The notes under the pieces were generated by a model. The model saw only the letters and a program-made list of their open reading frames with translations. It did no database searches and had not been told where the DNA came from. Both the position numbers and the translations under genes were made by a program. Of a DNA stretch of 64,000 nt, positions 52,055-64,000 are shown piece after piece. The stretch covers positions 167,584,031 through 167,648,030 of the forward strand of contig NC_092371.1 of assembly GCF_030028105.1 (NCBI RefSeq), written 5' to 3'. The DNA is from Mobula birostris (Eukaryota). The number at the start of each line of letters is the position of its first letter. The first letter of the stretch is position 1.

Positions 52055-54560
52055 AGGATGGTGCGTACAGACGCTGCCACCACTTTATTTCCTGGTGTAA
52101 TTGTTCGTCTGTGTTCTGTATGTTATGATCAGAAAATGCTGCTGGCTCTTAAACGTACTGTGCACAGCAATTCTACCTCGCTAGTGAACTGTTGGACTAC
52201 AGAGGAGCTTCGCAGCTTGGGCTTACTGGATACGTCGCTGTTTGTTTCAGACCTCCATGAGCAACACCGTAGGAGGAGGCTCACAAGGAAACAAGAAAGG
52301 AGAAAACGTGCTGGAATCCAGGAACGACTTGGGTCGACTGTCCCCTCGCTCTTACTGGCAAATAATCTGCTCACTTGAAAATAAGCTGGACTGCCTGAGA
52401 CTGAACCAGCAAGAGAAACACATCTGCGCACTCATTCCTACAGAATCATGGATTCATGAATCGGTCCCAGACATGGCCATCCAGCTAGAGGGTTTCAGTT
52501 CAGTGCATTTCAGGCTGACAGGGTTCCAGTGATTTCAGGCAAGACCTGTAGTGGCAGTACAGGTGGCCTCCGTTTTCCCAACATTCGCTTTATGACACCT
52601 CGCTGTTACATAAGACCTACATTAGTTACTTGTTTTCGCTAACAGAAGCTGTTTTCACTGTTACGAGAAAAGGCAGCATGTGAAAAAAGGCAGCGCACGC
52701 CCGAACAGCCAAGCTCCTCCCACGAAACTGCATTCTAGCCGCCATTGCTTAAACACATGCTTTATCTCGATTTATTTTGTGCATCCGTTAGCAAGGTGAG
52801 TTCTAAGGTATCAAAAAGCCTAAAAGAGCTTGTAAGGGTGTTACAATTAGCGCAAAACTAGACATAATTATGCGTTTCGATCGTGGTGAACGAAGTAAGG
52901 ACATTGTCCACGCGTTGAACTTGCCTGCGTCCACCATTTGCACTATTTATACGCAGAGAGAGAATTTTGAAAGCTGCCAATGTTATGATGGTTCTGCTCG
53001 TAGCAAAGTGGTCTGTCTTGGTCGGCTTCCAATAATGGAAAGTCTATTGCTTGAGTGGATTGATGGGTGTACAAAGCATGGTGTTCCGTTAAGTTTTCTT
53101 ATACTTAAGGAGAAATCAGTCAGTCTTTTTAATAAGCTGAAACAAAGTACTGGACGATGGTGATGAAAGTGTTGCGAAAGTGAAATTTAAAGGTAGTCAT
53201 GAGTGGTTTGATCGGTTTTGGAGGCGAGGGCCGCTTCATAGTTTAAGCAGTGGTCCCCATCCTCTGGGCAGTGGACCGATACATTGCCGCGCAGAATGCA
53301 GTGGTGCAGCGGTAGTCGGAACGCACCAGACACATCTTTAAGAAAAAAGCTGAAATAAATAAGCTAATTAATTAGTTGCCGCCCGGCATGTAAATGTCGG
53401 CCCAGAACAGAGGCGATTGCGGATTTCATCAGTTGGTTATTCATATAAGCAAGTGTTTAACTGTGACGAAACTGCAATTTATTGGAGTCGTCCCAATTTC
53501 GATAAGTGAAACTACACTGTACATACATTATTTCTATTTTATATAGGCGGTGTATTTTTATGTATGATTTGGCAGCTTCGTCGTTTAAAGGTTACTGGAG
53601 AGAGTTTTTCTGCCGAGAGGACTTCCGCGAGATTTTCACTGTGCTGGACAGCGCTGCAGAAAAGTGTTTCTACTTTATATAGGCTGTGTATCTATCATAT
53701 CATTCTTGCTTTTACTACATGTTACTGTTATTTTAGGTTTTGTGTGTTATTTGGCATGATTTTGTAGGTTATCCTTTGGGTCTGGGAATGCTCAAAAATT
53801 TTTCCCGTATTAATAAACGGTAATTGCTTATTCACTTCATGACATTCTGGCTTACGAACCGTTTCATAGGAACGTTCTACCTTCAGATAGCGGGGGAAAC
53901 CTGTGTGTGTGTGTGTGTGTGTGTGTGTACTGATGTATAGATGCTTTAACAGTGGTGTTTCATTGTTCACTGATGAATGAGTTTATTTTTGTGACGTGCA
54001 GACAGATGAACAAGAAGCACAGTAGTGCTTCCACTTCCTAAGCAAGGCTCCCCACCCCCATCTTAACTGTGTTTTACAGGAGCACCATTGAGAGCATCCT
54101 GACAAGTTGAATCTCCATCTGGAAAGGGAGCAGTTGATCATTGGATCTGAAGTCCCTACAGAGGACTTAGAACAACTGAGAGGATCATAGTGGTCTCCCT
54201 ATCATCCATCGGGGACTTTTATCAGGAGCGCTGTGTACACAGGGCCCTTGACATTATCAGGGATCCCACCCATCCTCTGACTTTCTACCATCAGACAGGA
54301 GACCATCTTGCATAGAAGCAAGAATGGTCAGGATAAGAAACAGTTTCCCCCTCACCGTTACATTTCTGAACTCCCAGCTGCAGTGTATTTGAAGCGTTAC
54401 TGGTTGATTTGTCCCAAACCTTATGATATTTAATATTAATGCACAATTTATGTGTGATTCGTCTGTAGATTTTATCCTTGCCTTCATAAGTTATCATGTG
54501 TTATGTTTTGCAACCTGGTTTAAAGAAATATCCCATCTCTGTATTCATTATATACATGTG
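52055..54560 (+). mobile_element. Internally deleted Rex1-type LINE (5' UTR and AP-endonuclease start plus 3' end) interrupted by a Tigger
   Basis: PSLLLAN..SLENKLD..ICALIPTESW endonuclease motifs; 3' part FYRSTIESILT at ~54075. Confidence 0.65.
52560..53903 (+). mobile_element. Tigger/pogo-like element, same family as 3601-5200
   Basis: TA-CAGGTGGCCTCCG / CGGGGGAAACCTG; HTH FDRGERSKDIVHALNLPAST, CENP-B-type LLLEWID..KGSHEWFDRF, DDE-start QVFNCDETAIYW. Confidence 0.88.
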
Positions 54561-57500
54561 AAGTTCATTGTCATTTAACTCTACACTTGTCACTAATCTG
54601 GTAATGTGCAAAACAGATCAGGGGAGGTGTTCAGTAAAGATCTTGTTAAGATACAGAGCCAGTTTGTGCTCGTGACTGATGGGTGCTTTAATTTTTCAGA
54701 GAACCAGAAGGGACTGGCTGCATAAAACCCGAGTGTTCAAAAAGAAATCCAAAGTTGTTAAATGTTTTAAAAATGCAGATAATAAGTATCAGGCAGGTAT
54801 GCACTGCTAAGGGTGTATTTCAAGTAAAGGGGGATGCCAATATTATCATTTTAAGGGTTCATTTTTAATCCATTGAGAATTTGTCCCTCTGTTGAACTAA
54901 TCTTCGCAGGATTTTCTCTGGGTGTGGAGTGAATCATCAAAACAATGCACAGACTGCTTAAGGGAGTTTTTGGGGGTGGTCTTGGGCAAGTAGTGCAGCT
55001 GCTGGATGCTGGGATGCATCATGGCCAAGCTGCTGAGTGTGCTTTGCTGGGTGCCAACAGCAGTTCCAGTTGTTGACAGATTACCCAGATCCAACCTGCT
55101 TCAACATTGGGGGTTTACTCGACACTGAGCTGTGTTAATGCATTTACTGCTTTGTTTCTGTGGGATTGTTTGCAGAAGGTAAGATAGCAGTGAATAGCCT
55201 GAGTGAGGGGATATAGAGAATGCTGGAGCAAGTATTTAAAATTCAGAATCAAAAGTCCTATAACAAATTAGTGTTTGAATGGTGGTGCAAAATAGGTTAA
55301 CAGTCTACTGTAAAAATGTTTAAATGCTTGGTAAATGCCAACCTGCAAGTAGGAATGGCTAGTCTATATTTTTTTTTACAAAAAATAGATATGGTGTAGC
55401 AAATAAAGTAGTGGGATCACAGATGGACCTCGAATACTGGAATCGGTTTGGGGCCTTATTCCTTTGTCTATTGTGTAAGTTGAGCTGTCGTTTAATTTAT
55501 GAGAATTGATTTTAAATTGTGTTTTTTTTTTGCATCTTTCAGTAATACAACTAATACCAGCTCCCTTAGGCAGCCTCTGTGTTTCATCCATAGCCAACCA
55601 TGCAGCAACAAATTACTTCAAACATGCAGGAGTGTCAGTAAAGGACTGAGCCTTTAACCAGGTTCCCAGCACAGCCAAGTTGTCAATGATTCATTAGTCT
55701 TAATTCTTGAGAATGCACCCTCAGTACTGAGCAAGATATTATTATATGGCCCAATGCAAAAGGTTATCAACTATTACTCAATATTTGTAGTTTATTGCTT
55801 TTAATTTTTTTCCTTTTGTATGCCTTTTATTTTGAAGCTTTTGTGTGCTACTTTCTGAGCTGTCTCGCATATAATATTTTGTTACAGTGTGTATGCTTTT
55901 AAAATCTTGCTTAATCCCATCACCCCATTCAAAGGTTTCCAATATTTGTTCCATGGGTTTCTGAATAACTTCAGGAAATGAATTATCAGTGATGTTGGCA
56001 TTCATTCCCATGTCTTTGTTTGCTAATTGCTAAATTGAACTAAAAGTAATTCAGTTAATCTTATCTGCTTATAGTTCACTGGTTGTTTTTAAGAGATGTT
56101 TCAATCTATTCTTGTCTAATTGTTGATAAACAATTCAACAATTTACCAACGTTTTCCATTGCCCTGTCTTTCAGATATTAGCAAGATTGGTGCAGTTTAA
56201 TTGACTTCCATAGAAAAATGGATTGCCATAACCAAGTTGGCACTTTAAGCTCTTATGTGTCTCTTTGTTGGTATTGTGTTGAACTCCATAAGTAAAATTT
56301 ATCTTCATTTGCATGTCCCTGTAGAATGAACTTTGCAGTAACTTGTTGAAGAAAAACCACCTTGTCTCCATGGCAAATTCTTGGATTAGACCTGGTCCAA
56401 TCACCAAAGGCCAAGATAAATGCGGCTTCTCTCATTGAATTGACTTTATTTCTTAAATCCTTCACATACATGAGTAAAAATCTTTGCGTTATGTCTCCAT
56501 CTAAATGTGCAATCATGTTAATTTATAATACATAGAACAGTCAATGTAACATAGAAATAGACTCCGATCAGCGTGAGTTAATCAGTCTGATGGCCTGGTG
56601 AAAGAAGCTGTCCTGGAGCCTGTTGGTCCTGGCTTTTATGCTGCAGTACCGTTTCCCAGATGATCCTTTGGGCCCTTTTTCCACACTTGGCTTTGTAAAT
56701 GTCCTGAGTCATGGGAAGTTCAGAACTACAGGTGCGCTGGGCTGTCTGCACCACTCTCTACAGAATCTTGCAATTAAGGGAGGTACAGTTCCCACGCCAG
56801 GCAGTGATGCAGCCAGTCAGGACGCTCTCAATTGTATCCCTGTAGAAAGTTCTTAGGATTTGGGGGCCCATACCTAACTTCCTCAACCGTCTGTGAGGTG
56901 AAAGGGACGCCTTATTTGGCCTCCGTTGTGAAAAGTTGAGTTAAATGGCTCCCACCTATTATTCTCCTATCTATGTGAAACATCCATATTGCTGCTACAT
57001 GACAGCAGCCATCATTTTGACAGCTGGAGCCAGATACTGTTGTTCCTTGTATGAAGTGGATTATATGCCAAATTGTCCACAAGATCTAAATTTGAAACTG
57101 AAGAATTCTAGCTTATCAAGTCTTTTGCTACTCATTATCTGAACTTTGTGGTCTGATTCCTATTGCTATGTTGCAGCAATGAACAAAAAATAAACGTTTT
57201 GATATTTCACAGTATTGAAATACTCTGCAGTAGTTCTAATTCTTTCACCTTACCATTGGTATAGCCTGGGTAAAAACTAGTGTCAAATCTTTTTAATTTC
57301 TGCACACTGTGTGGAGAGCATTCTGACTGGCTGCATCACATTTGGTATTGGGGGCAGGGGGGGGACTACTGAGCAAGATTGAAATAAGTTACAGAAACTT
57401 GTCTATCGTGGGTACCAGCCTCCAGTGTAGCCAAGACATCTTTAAGAATTGGTGCCTTAGGAAGGCAGTGTCCATCATTAAGGACCAACACCCAGGACGT

Positions 57501-60155
57501 GTCCTCTTCATACTGTTACCGCTGGGAAGGAGGAGGTGATGATAGGCAGCTGTCGATCCCAGGGGATTATGGGTTTGTGCCTCTGGTGGACTGAGTTGAG
57601 CAACATCCAATGTGGGAGTGACAGAGTTTGCCACGCCATGTACAGCAGAACGCCTAGGCAGTGCTGGCGTCTTGGGCACAGAGCTTTTGGCAGGCGCTCC
57701 TTTTCTCTGCTTGCTGCATCAGGGTGGTCTTGTACCCCAAGAGACCCTTTTCACCTCCTGCTTACAGGGAAGGATGTACAGAAGCCTGAAGGCATAATCT
57801 CAGCAATTCGAGAAAAGCTTTCCCTCTGCCATCAGATTTCTAAATGGGCATTGAATCCATGAACACTACCTTTTTTTAATTTCTGTTGTTTTGCACTACA
57901 ATTTTAACTTAACTATTTACTAGACATATAGATCTAATGTGACTCAGTTTTTTCTCTATATGTATTTCATTGTACTGCTGCCATAAAGTTAACAAATTTC
58001 GTGACATATGCCAGGGATAGTAAATCTGATTCTGCTATTTTAATAGGTCTTAAGCTCCTAATGTTCAGTAAATTCCTGTTACTTGCATTGCTGAGTTTAG
58101 TATTTTGTGCTTCCTGGGTTGACTTTAAGCTACTGTTGACGCACCCAAGTACAGTCTTGCTCCAATCTGTCTCTGAATTTGCAGTGATTCTCTTTCTAAC
58201 TTGGTGCATGAATGCTGCCAGCCAAATCAAATTATGTTTATATCCTCCTGAAAGCAGGCAAAATTCTTATTGTTGATTTGCACTGAGGGAGCTCTGCATT
58301 GTAGAATATGGTGGTGATGCAGTGGTTAAATCACTGATCCAGTGACTAGATGTAATATGAAGATATAACATTTAACTTCTGGTATTAAGAATAATGACTA
58401 CTCAGCCATCACGCTGGAGTAGATATATATTTTTGCTTCCAGTACCCTAATCACCTGACAAGTGATTACAAATGCACTAGAATGTGCTTGATTCTTAAAG
58501 CCTCCTCTAAGTTGGCTGGCAAGCCGATCAGCTTTTCAGAATAAATGCTGGTCTTGCCAGCAATTTCCACATCCTGAAATATAATGCATAAGGTTTCAGT
58601 AGTGAAACTGGCTTAGAATTCTTTTCAGAGAAAAATATGTTGAATTTGTAGCATACATCTTTTGTGGGTGGGTCTGTCACTATAAAGTGTAATTCTGAAT
58701 GAGGCCAGGAGTCTGTTCACGATATGTATTTAAGGATGGAGGGAAGGGTGACTTGAGCGACTGCTGCTTGCAGCTGGTTCCCAGGGCTGGGCCTCATCAG
58801 CTTGAGCCTGTGCAAGTAGGCTCAGTTCTACAAAGAACGCTCTTCATTTATCATTAGGACCTGCTTCTGCACAAGTGATGCATACCATCATCTGAAGGCC
58901 ATCTCCGAGGATGTGAACTTTGCTGATCCACTCTTGGATAAAACCCCAGGTGGATCCAGAAGCAGCAACATAAATATCATAATGAATGTAAGTTAATTGT
59001 TGTTTGCAATGAATTCCTTTCCATAATGTAAACATTTCTATACTTAATACCAAAAAAGTCATCTTTTCTACTGACGCAAACACGAGGAAATCTGGAATCT
59101 CAAGCAACACACATAAAAGTTGCTGGTGAACGCAGCAGGCCAGGCATCATCTCTAGGAAGAGATACAGTCGATGTTTCGGGCCGAGACCCTTTGTCGGGA
59201 TCTTTTCACCTGAAGTCCTTCCCAATTGATCAGATTAAAGTGAAATCCATTTTTCTATTCAAAGAAATAATATTCCAACATTCTTCCCAAACATTCCTGC
59301 CTGATTTTGATTCAGTGCCAACTATCTTAAAGACAAAAGTTACTTCACACTGAAATAAAATTAATTGGCCATAAGTACAGGTTACTAGTAATTACATCCT
59401 TGAGCTTTATTGTTTTTATTTTACATTACATGTAGTGCAGTAGAAGGCTTTTCTGGGCAGCAAGCACACACAGCCAAGTTAGTCATGGCCAATTAAGCTA
59501 CTATTACAGGGAGAATGTGCAAATGCCGTGTAGACAGAGGTAGAATTGAACCTGGGTTGCTCACACTGCAATAGTTATGCTTAACACCATGTTACCATGT
59601 GGCCTCTATTTCGTTAATGTGATGCAAGTAGATAGGCGGGTGCCTGGCAGTGAGGATGTGCTCCTAAGAATGTGGGTGTAAGTGGAATTGGCACTAATAG
59701 ATCATCATGGTATTGTATCAAAATCTGTTATGAAGTCCTGCCATGGTGCATACCTGAATATCCCTTGTGATATCCTGGCTGAGGACCCAGCTTTTTGCTG
59801 CCCTTCCTACAGCAGTGAAATTATTAGTTATCCCATCTTCATAATTTGATGAGCTACCCTCCAAAGCAAAGTGCATTCTGTGCCGGTGAGACCTGACAGA
59901 TTTAAGTGAGTCCTTGGGTTGTTTCACATGTATGTGGATTGCTCTACCCTGTCAGGACATCACGGTAGCGTAGCAGTTAGTGTGATACTATTACATCGCT
60001 GAAATTCAATTCTAGCACTGCCTGTGAGGAGTTTGTACATGCTTCCTGTGAGCGCATGGGTTTCCTCCCACAGTCCAAAGGTCATGTTAAATTGTCCTGT
60101 GATGGGGCTTGCGTTAAGTAGGTGGGTTGCTGGATAGAGCGGCTCCTGAGTTCAG

Positions 60156-61512
60156 CTGATGACTTGTCGTCATCCCATCCTGATGACTTGTCGTCATCCC
60201 ATCCTGATGACTTGTCGTCATCCCATCCTGATGACTTGTCGTCATCCCATCCTGATGACTTGTCGTCATCCCATCCTGATGACTTGTCGTCATCCCATCC
60301 TGATGACTTGTCGTCATCCCATCCTGATGACTTGTCGTCATCCCATCCTGATGACTTGTCGTCATCCCATCCTGATGACTTGTCGTCATCCCATCCTGAT
60401 GACTTGTCGCCATCCCATCCTGATGACTTGTCGCCATCCCATCCTGATGACTTGTCGCCATCCCATCCTGATGACTTGTCGCCATCCCATCCTGATGACT
60501 TGTCGCCATCCCATCCTGATGTCTTGTCGCCATCCCATCCTGATGTCTTGTCGCCATCCCATCCTGATGTCTTGTCGCCATCCCATCCTGATGACTTGTC
60601 GCCATCCCATCCTGATGACTTGTCGCCATCCCATCCTGATGACTTGTCGCCATCCCATCCTGATGACTTGTCGCCATCCCATCCTGATGACTTGTCGCCA
60701 TCCCATCCTGATGACTTGTCGCCATCCCATCCTGATGACTTGTCGCCATCCCATCCTGATGACTTGTCGCCATCCCATCCTGATGACTTGTCGCCATCCC
60801 ATCCTGATGACTTGTCGCCATCCCATCCTGATGACTTGTCGCCATCCCATCCTGATGACTTGTCGCCATCCCATCCTGATGACTTGTCGCCATCCCATCC
60901 TGATGACTTGTCGCCATCCCATCCTGATGACTTGTCGCCATCCCATCCTGATGACTTGTCGCCATCCCATCCTGATGACTTGTCGCCATCCCATCCTGAT
61001 GACTTGTCGCCATCCCATCCTGATGACTTGTCGCCATCCCATCCTGATGACTTGTCGCCATCCCATCCTGATGACTTGTCGCCATCCCATCCTGATGACT
61101 TGTCGCCATCCCATCCTGATGACTTGTCGCCATCCCATCCTGATGACTTGTCGCCATCCCATCCTGATGACTTGTCGCCATCCCATCCTGATGACTTGTC
61201 GCCATCCCATCCTGATGACTTGTCGCCATCCCATCCTGATGACTTGTCGCCATCCCATCCTGATGACTTGTCGCCATCCCATCCTGATGACTTGTCGCCA
61301 TCCCATCCTGATGACTTGTCGCCATCCCATCCTGATGACTTGTCGCCATCCCATCCTGATGACTTGTCGCCATCCCATCCTGATGACTTGTCGCCATCCC
61401 ATCCTGATGACTTGTCGCCATCCCATCCTGATGACTTGTCGCCATCCCATCCTGATGACTTGTCGCCATCCCATCCTGATGACTTGTCGCCATCCCATCC
61501 TGATGACTTGTC
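60156..61512. repeat. 24-bp minisatellite (CTGATGACTTGTCGCCATCCCATC), ~56.5 copies
   Basis: Direct inspection; 8-residue periodic ORFs in 5 frames. Confidence 0.97.
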
Positions 61513-63148
61513 TATTAAAAGAGCTGGGTGACCAACATTAAGCTTGTTCTTATAGAGAAACACTGGACTAAGGATGTATCAATGGCCCACATTAAGTGTT
61601 AGGGCCAGAGTACAACTTCTGAGTCCATACCTCAGCATTTAGCAGCTGCATCCTTGTGTAATCTAGCTAAGGACTCAAGTTTGTTCCAGGTACAAGAGAT
61701 GGCCAAGGATAAAAGACATTGTAAAGATAATCTTTATTTGTCACCTCTACATTGAAACACACCGTGAAATGTGTTTACATTAGTGACCAACAGAGTCTGA
61801 GGAATGCCAGCGCACAACAGTCGCCGCTCTTTTGGCGCTAACCTAGCATGCCCACAATTTACTGACGCTAACCCATTACGTCTTTGGAATGTGGGAGGAA
61901 ACTGGAACACCCAGGGGAAACACATGGTCATGGAGAACATACAAGCTGCTTGGAAACAGTACTGGAAATCAGACCTGGATTGCTCTTGCTGTAAAGCGTT
62001 ATTCTAACTGCTATGCCAGTGCCCACTTGGGTTTACACCAGATTTACAACAGAAGTGCATGGTATCGGGGTGAATGCAGCAGCGTGCAATCCGAACAGCT
62101 GCCTTTAAAATACAGTTTTTTTACACCTGTAATTGCTCAAACTGCAGGATCAATATGTTCCTCAAGAATTCCAACAGCTTTAGTCAGTTTTCGGTGTGTT
62201 CAATTCCACTTTTTTGCTTTAAAGATTTGGAAAATGAATGCTGGTGAATGTGTATGAAAATTAGGTACCCTTTCTAATTCATCTGTAATATCTGATTTGT
62301 GTTTCACCTGCCAAAGCTGAAGTTCTTTGGAGCTGCAAAGTTTTGGTAATGAGACTTGGGCCAAAAGAGAATTAGTCAGGGCACCTGGTTTCGTATTACA
62401 AATTACAATCCTGGCCACATGTCAATTGTACACTTTTCCATAGATGCTGCCTGGTCTGAGTTCCTCAAGCATTTTGTGTGTTGCTTGGATTTCCAGCACT
62501 TGCAGATTTTCTCTTGTTTATGATTGGCCACACGACTGTCCATTTCCACCTTGTAGTAATTGCTTCATATTGTCTTCTGTACTGAAACCCTCATCCATTC
62601 TTTGTTGCCTTCAGTTTCCTGCACTTGGTCTTTATGTAAGCCATGTTTATAATATCCAATTCAAAAAACAATCGTCGTTTAGTTGGCACTTATTTGCAAG
62701 ATACATCTATTGCATTTTTTTGCCCTTTACACAAATGGTGACCTTCTGTGTCTTTAAGTTCCAGTTCATTGAGCAACTGCACCAGCTGGTAATAATGGAA
62801 AACAACCAAAATTGCATGCCTTAGAAATCTGACCTGCAACCAGAATAACCTTGATGAATTTTGGGTTCCTCAAACAAGGATACTGTTTTACACTACTCAT
62901 TGTCATTCTGCATTTGGAACATCTGTGAATCTATGAAGTTCAAATGTTGTTTTCTCAAAGTAAATTGAAGTTTATGCCCCACGTAGTCTGCCTTCCTGCC
63001 CACTTCCCTTCACTGTAATAAGATTTGGTTATTTCTCTTGTGCATTCAGCGTGTCCTTGAATACAACAGTGGTGCTTAGCATGCTGTTTATCTTAGTACT
63101 CTAGTTGAGAATGTTTTTTCCAAATTTTCCCTTTAGCGCATGTGTAAA

Positions 63149-64000
63149 CAGTGCCTATAAGAAGTATTCACATCCCCCTCCTGCAAGTTTTCATGTTTAT
63201 TGTTTTACAACATTCATCTGTGGATTTAATTTGTCTTACTTGACACTGATCAATAGAAAAGGCTCTTGGTGTCAAAGCGAAAACAATTTTCTTCAAATTG
63301 GTCTAAATTTATTAGAATTAAATAATTGCATAATTACTCACCCCCTTCAAGTCAGTATTTAGTGGATGCACCTTTGGCAGTAATTACAGACTTCAGTGTG
63401 TGCATACGTTTCTTATCAGCTTTGCACATCTGGACACTGCAATTTTTCCCCATTCTTTACAAATCTGCTTAAGATCTGTCAGATTGCCTGGGGATCATTA
63501 ATGAACCACTCTTTAAGTCCAGCCACAAATTCTCAATTAGATTGAAGTGTGGACTCTCACTTGGCCACTCCAGGACATAACCTTGTTTTTAAGCCATCCT
63601 GTGAGGCTTTGCCTTTATACTTGGGTCATTGTCTTGCTGGAAAACAAATCTGCTCCCAAGTTGTAGTTCTCTTGCAGACTGCATTAGGTTTTCCTTCAAG
63701 ATTTCCTTGTATTTTGCTGTATTCATTTAACTCTCTACCTCTTCAGGGCCTGCTGCAGTGAAGCATCCCCACAATATGATGCACCCACTACCATGCTTCA
63801 CAGTAGGGATGGTGTGTCTTTAACATTTGTTTGGCACATGGCAAACACAGCGTTTAGTCTGATCGCCAAAAAGCTCAATTTTGGTTTCATCAGACCATAG
63901 AACTTCCAGCTGACTTCAGAGTCTCCCACATGCCTTCTAGCAAACTCTAGTGAGATATTGAGGTTTTTTTTTCAACAGTGGCTTTCTCCTTGCTGCTCTC
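63149..64000 (-). mobile_element. Tc1 (DD34E) transposon, runs off the window end
   Basis: TIR CAGTGCCTATAAGAAGTATTCAC with an inner direct repeat ~63332; minus strand WSDETKIELFG and IPTVKHGSGCIILWGCFTAAGP. Confidence 0.88.

Noticed and set aside
60156-61512. CRISPR array, or C/D-box / hammerhead array (the unit contains CTGATGA)
   Set aside because: No unique spacers and eukaryotic context; no GAAA core for a hammerhead; C and D motifs overlap with no guide region
60082-61563. 370-493 aa repeat ORFs as real protein genes
   Set aside because: A 24-bp unit without stops gives long ORFs automatically; the longest starts at GTG; there is no synonymous variation pattern, promoter or splice context

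Overview
Vertebrate genomic DNA, probably a cartilaginous fish such as a ray, judging from its V-SINE/HE1-like SINEs and CR1, Rex1-type and Penelope repeats. It is repeat-dense and almost entirely intronic. The minus strand carries the 5' end of ARID4B: non-coding exon 1 (~39506-39860), the exon with ATG-AAG (38655-38714) and the 111-bp Tudor-region exon (15207-15317). A CpG-island bidirectional promoter (~39860-40440) carries ZNF143, NRF1, YY1, ETS and CCAAT motifs. It is followed by a plus-strand first exon, probably GGPS1 by synteny, although no GGPS1 coding exon was found. The most notable object is a decayed class I (gamma/epsilon-like) endogenous retrovirus at 44910-50647 on the minus strand. 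It has paired LTRs, a 4-bp TSD, a PPT, RT-thumb/RNase H/integrase remnants and a gamma-type env, lacks gag-pro, and sits in a multi-layer nest of transposons. Also present: composite hAT/Tigger/Harbinger-like elements, a DNA element with a 6-bp TSD, Penelope hammerhead ribozyme remnants, and a ~56-copy 24-bp hairpin minisatellite open in 5 of 6 frames. No demonstrably new functional system can be proven from sequence alone. Most ORFs in the track are spurious or TE-derived.
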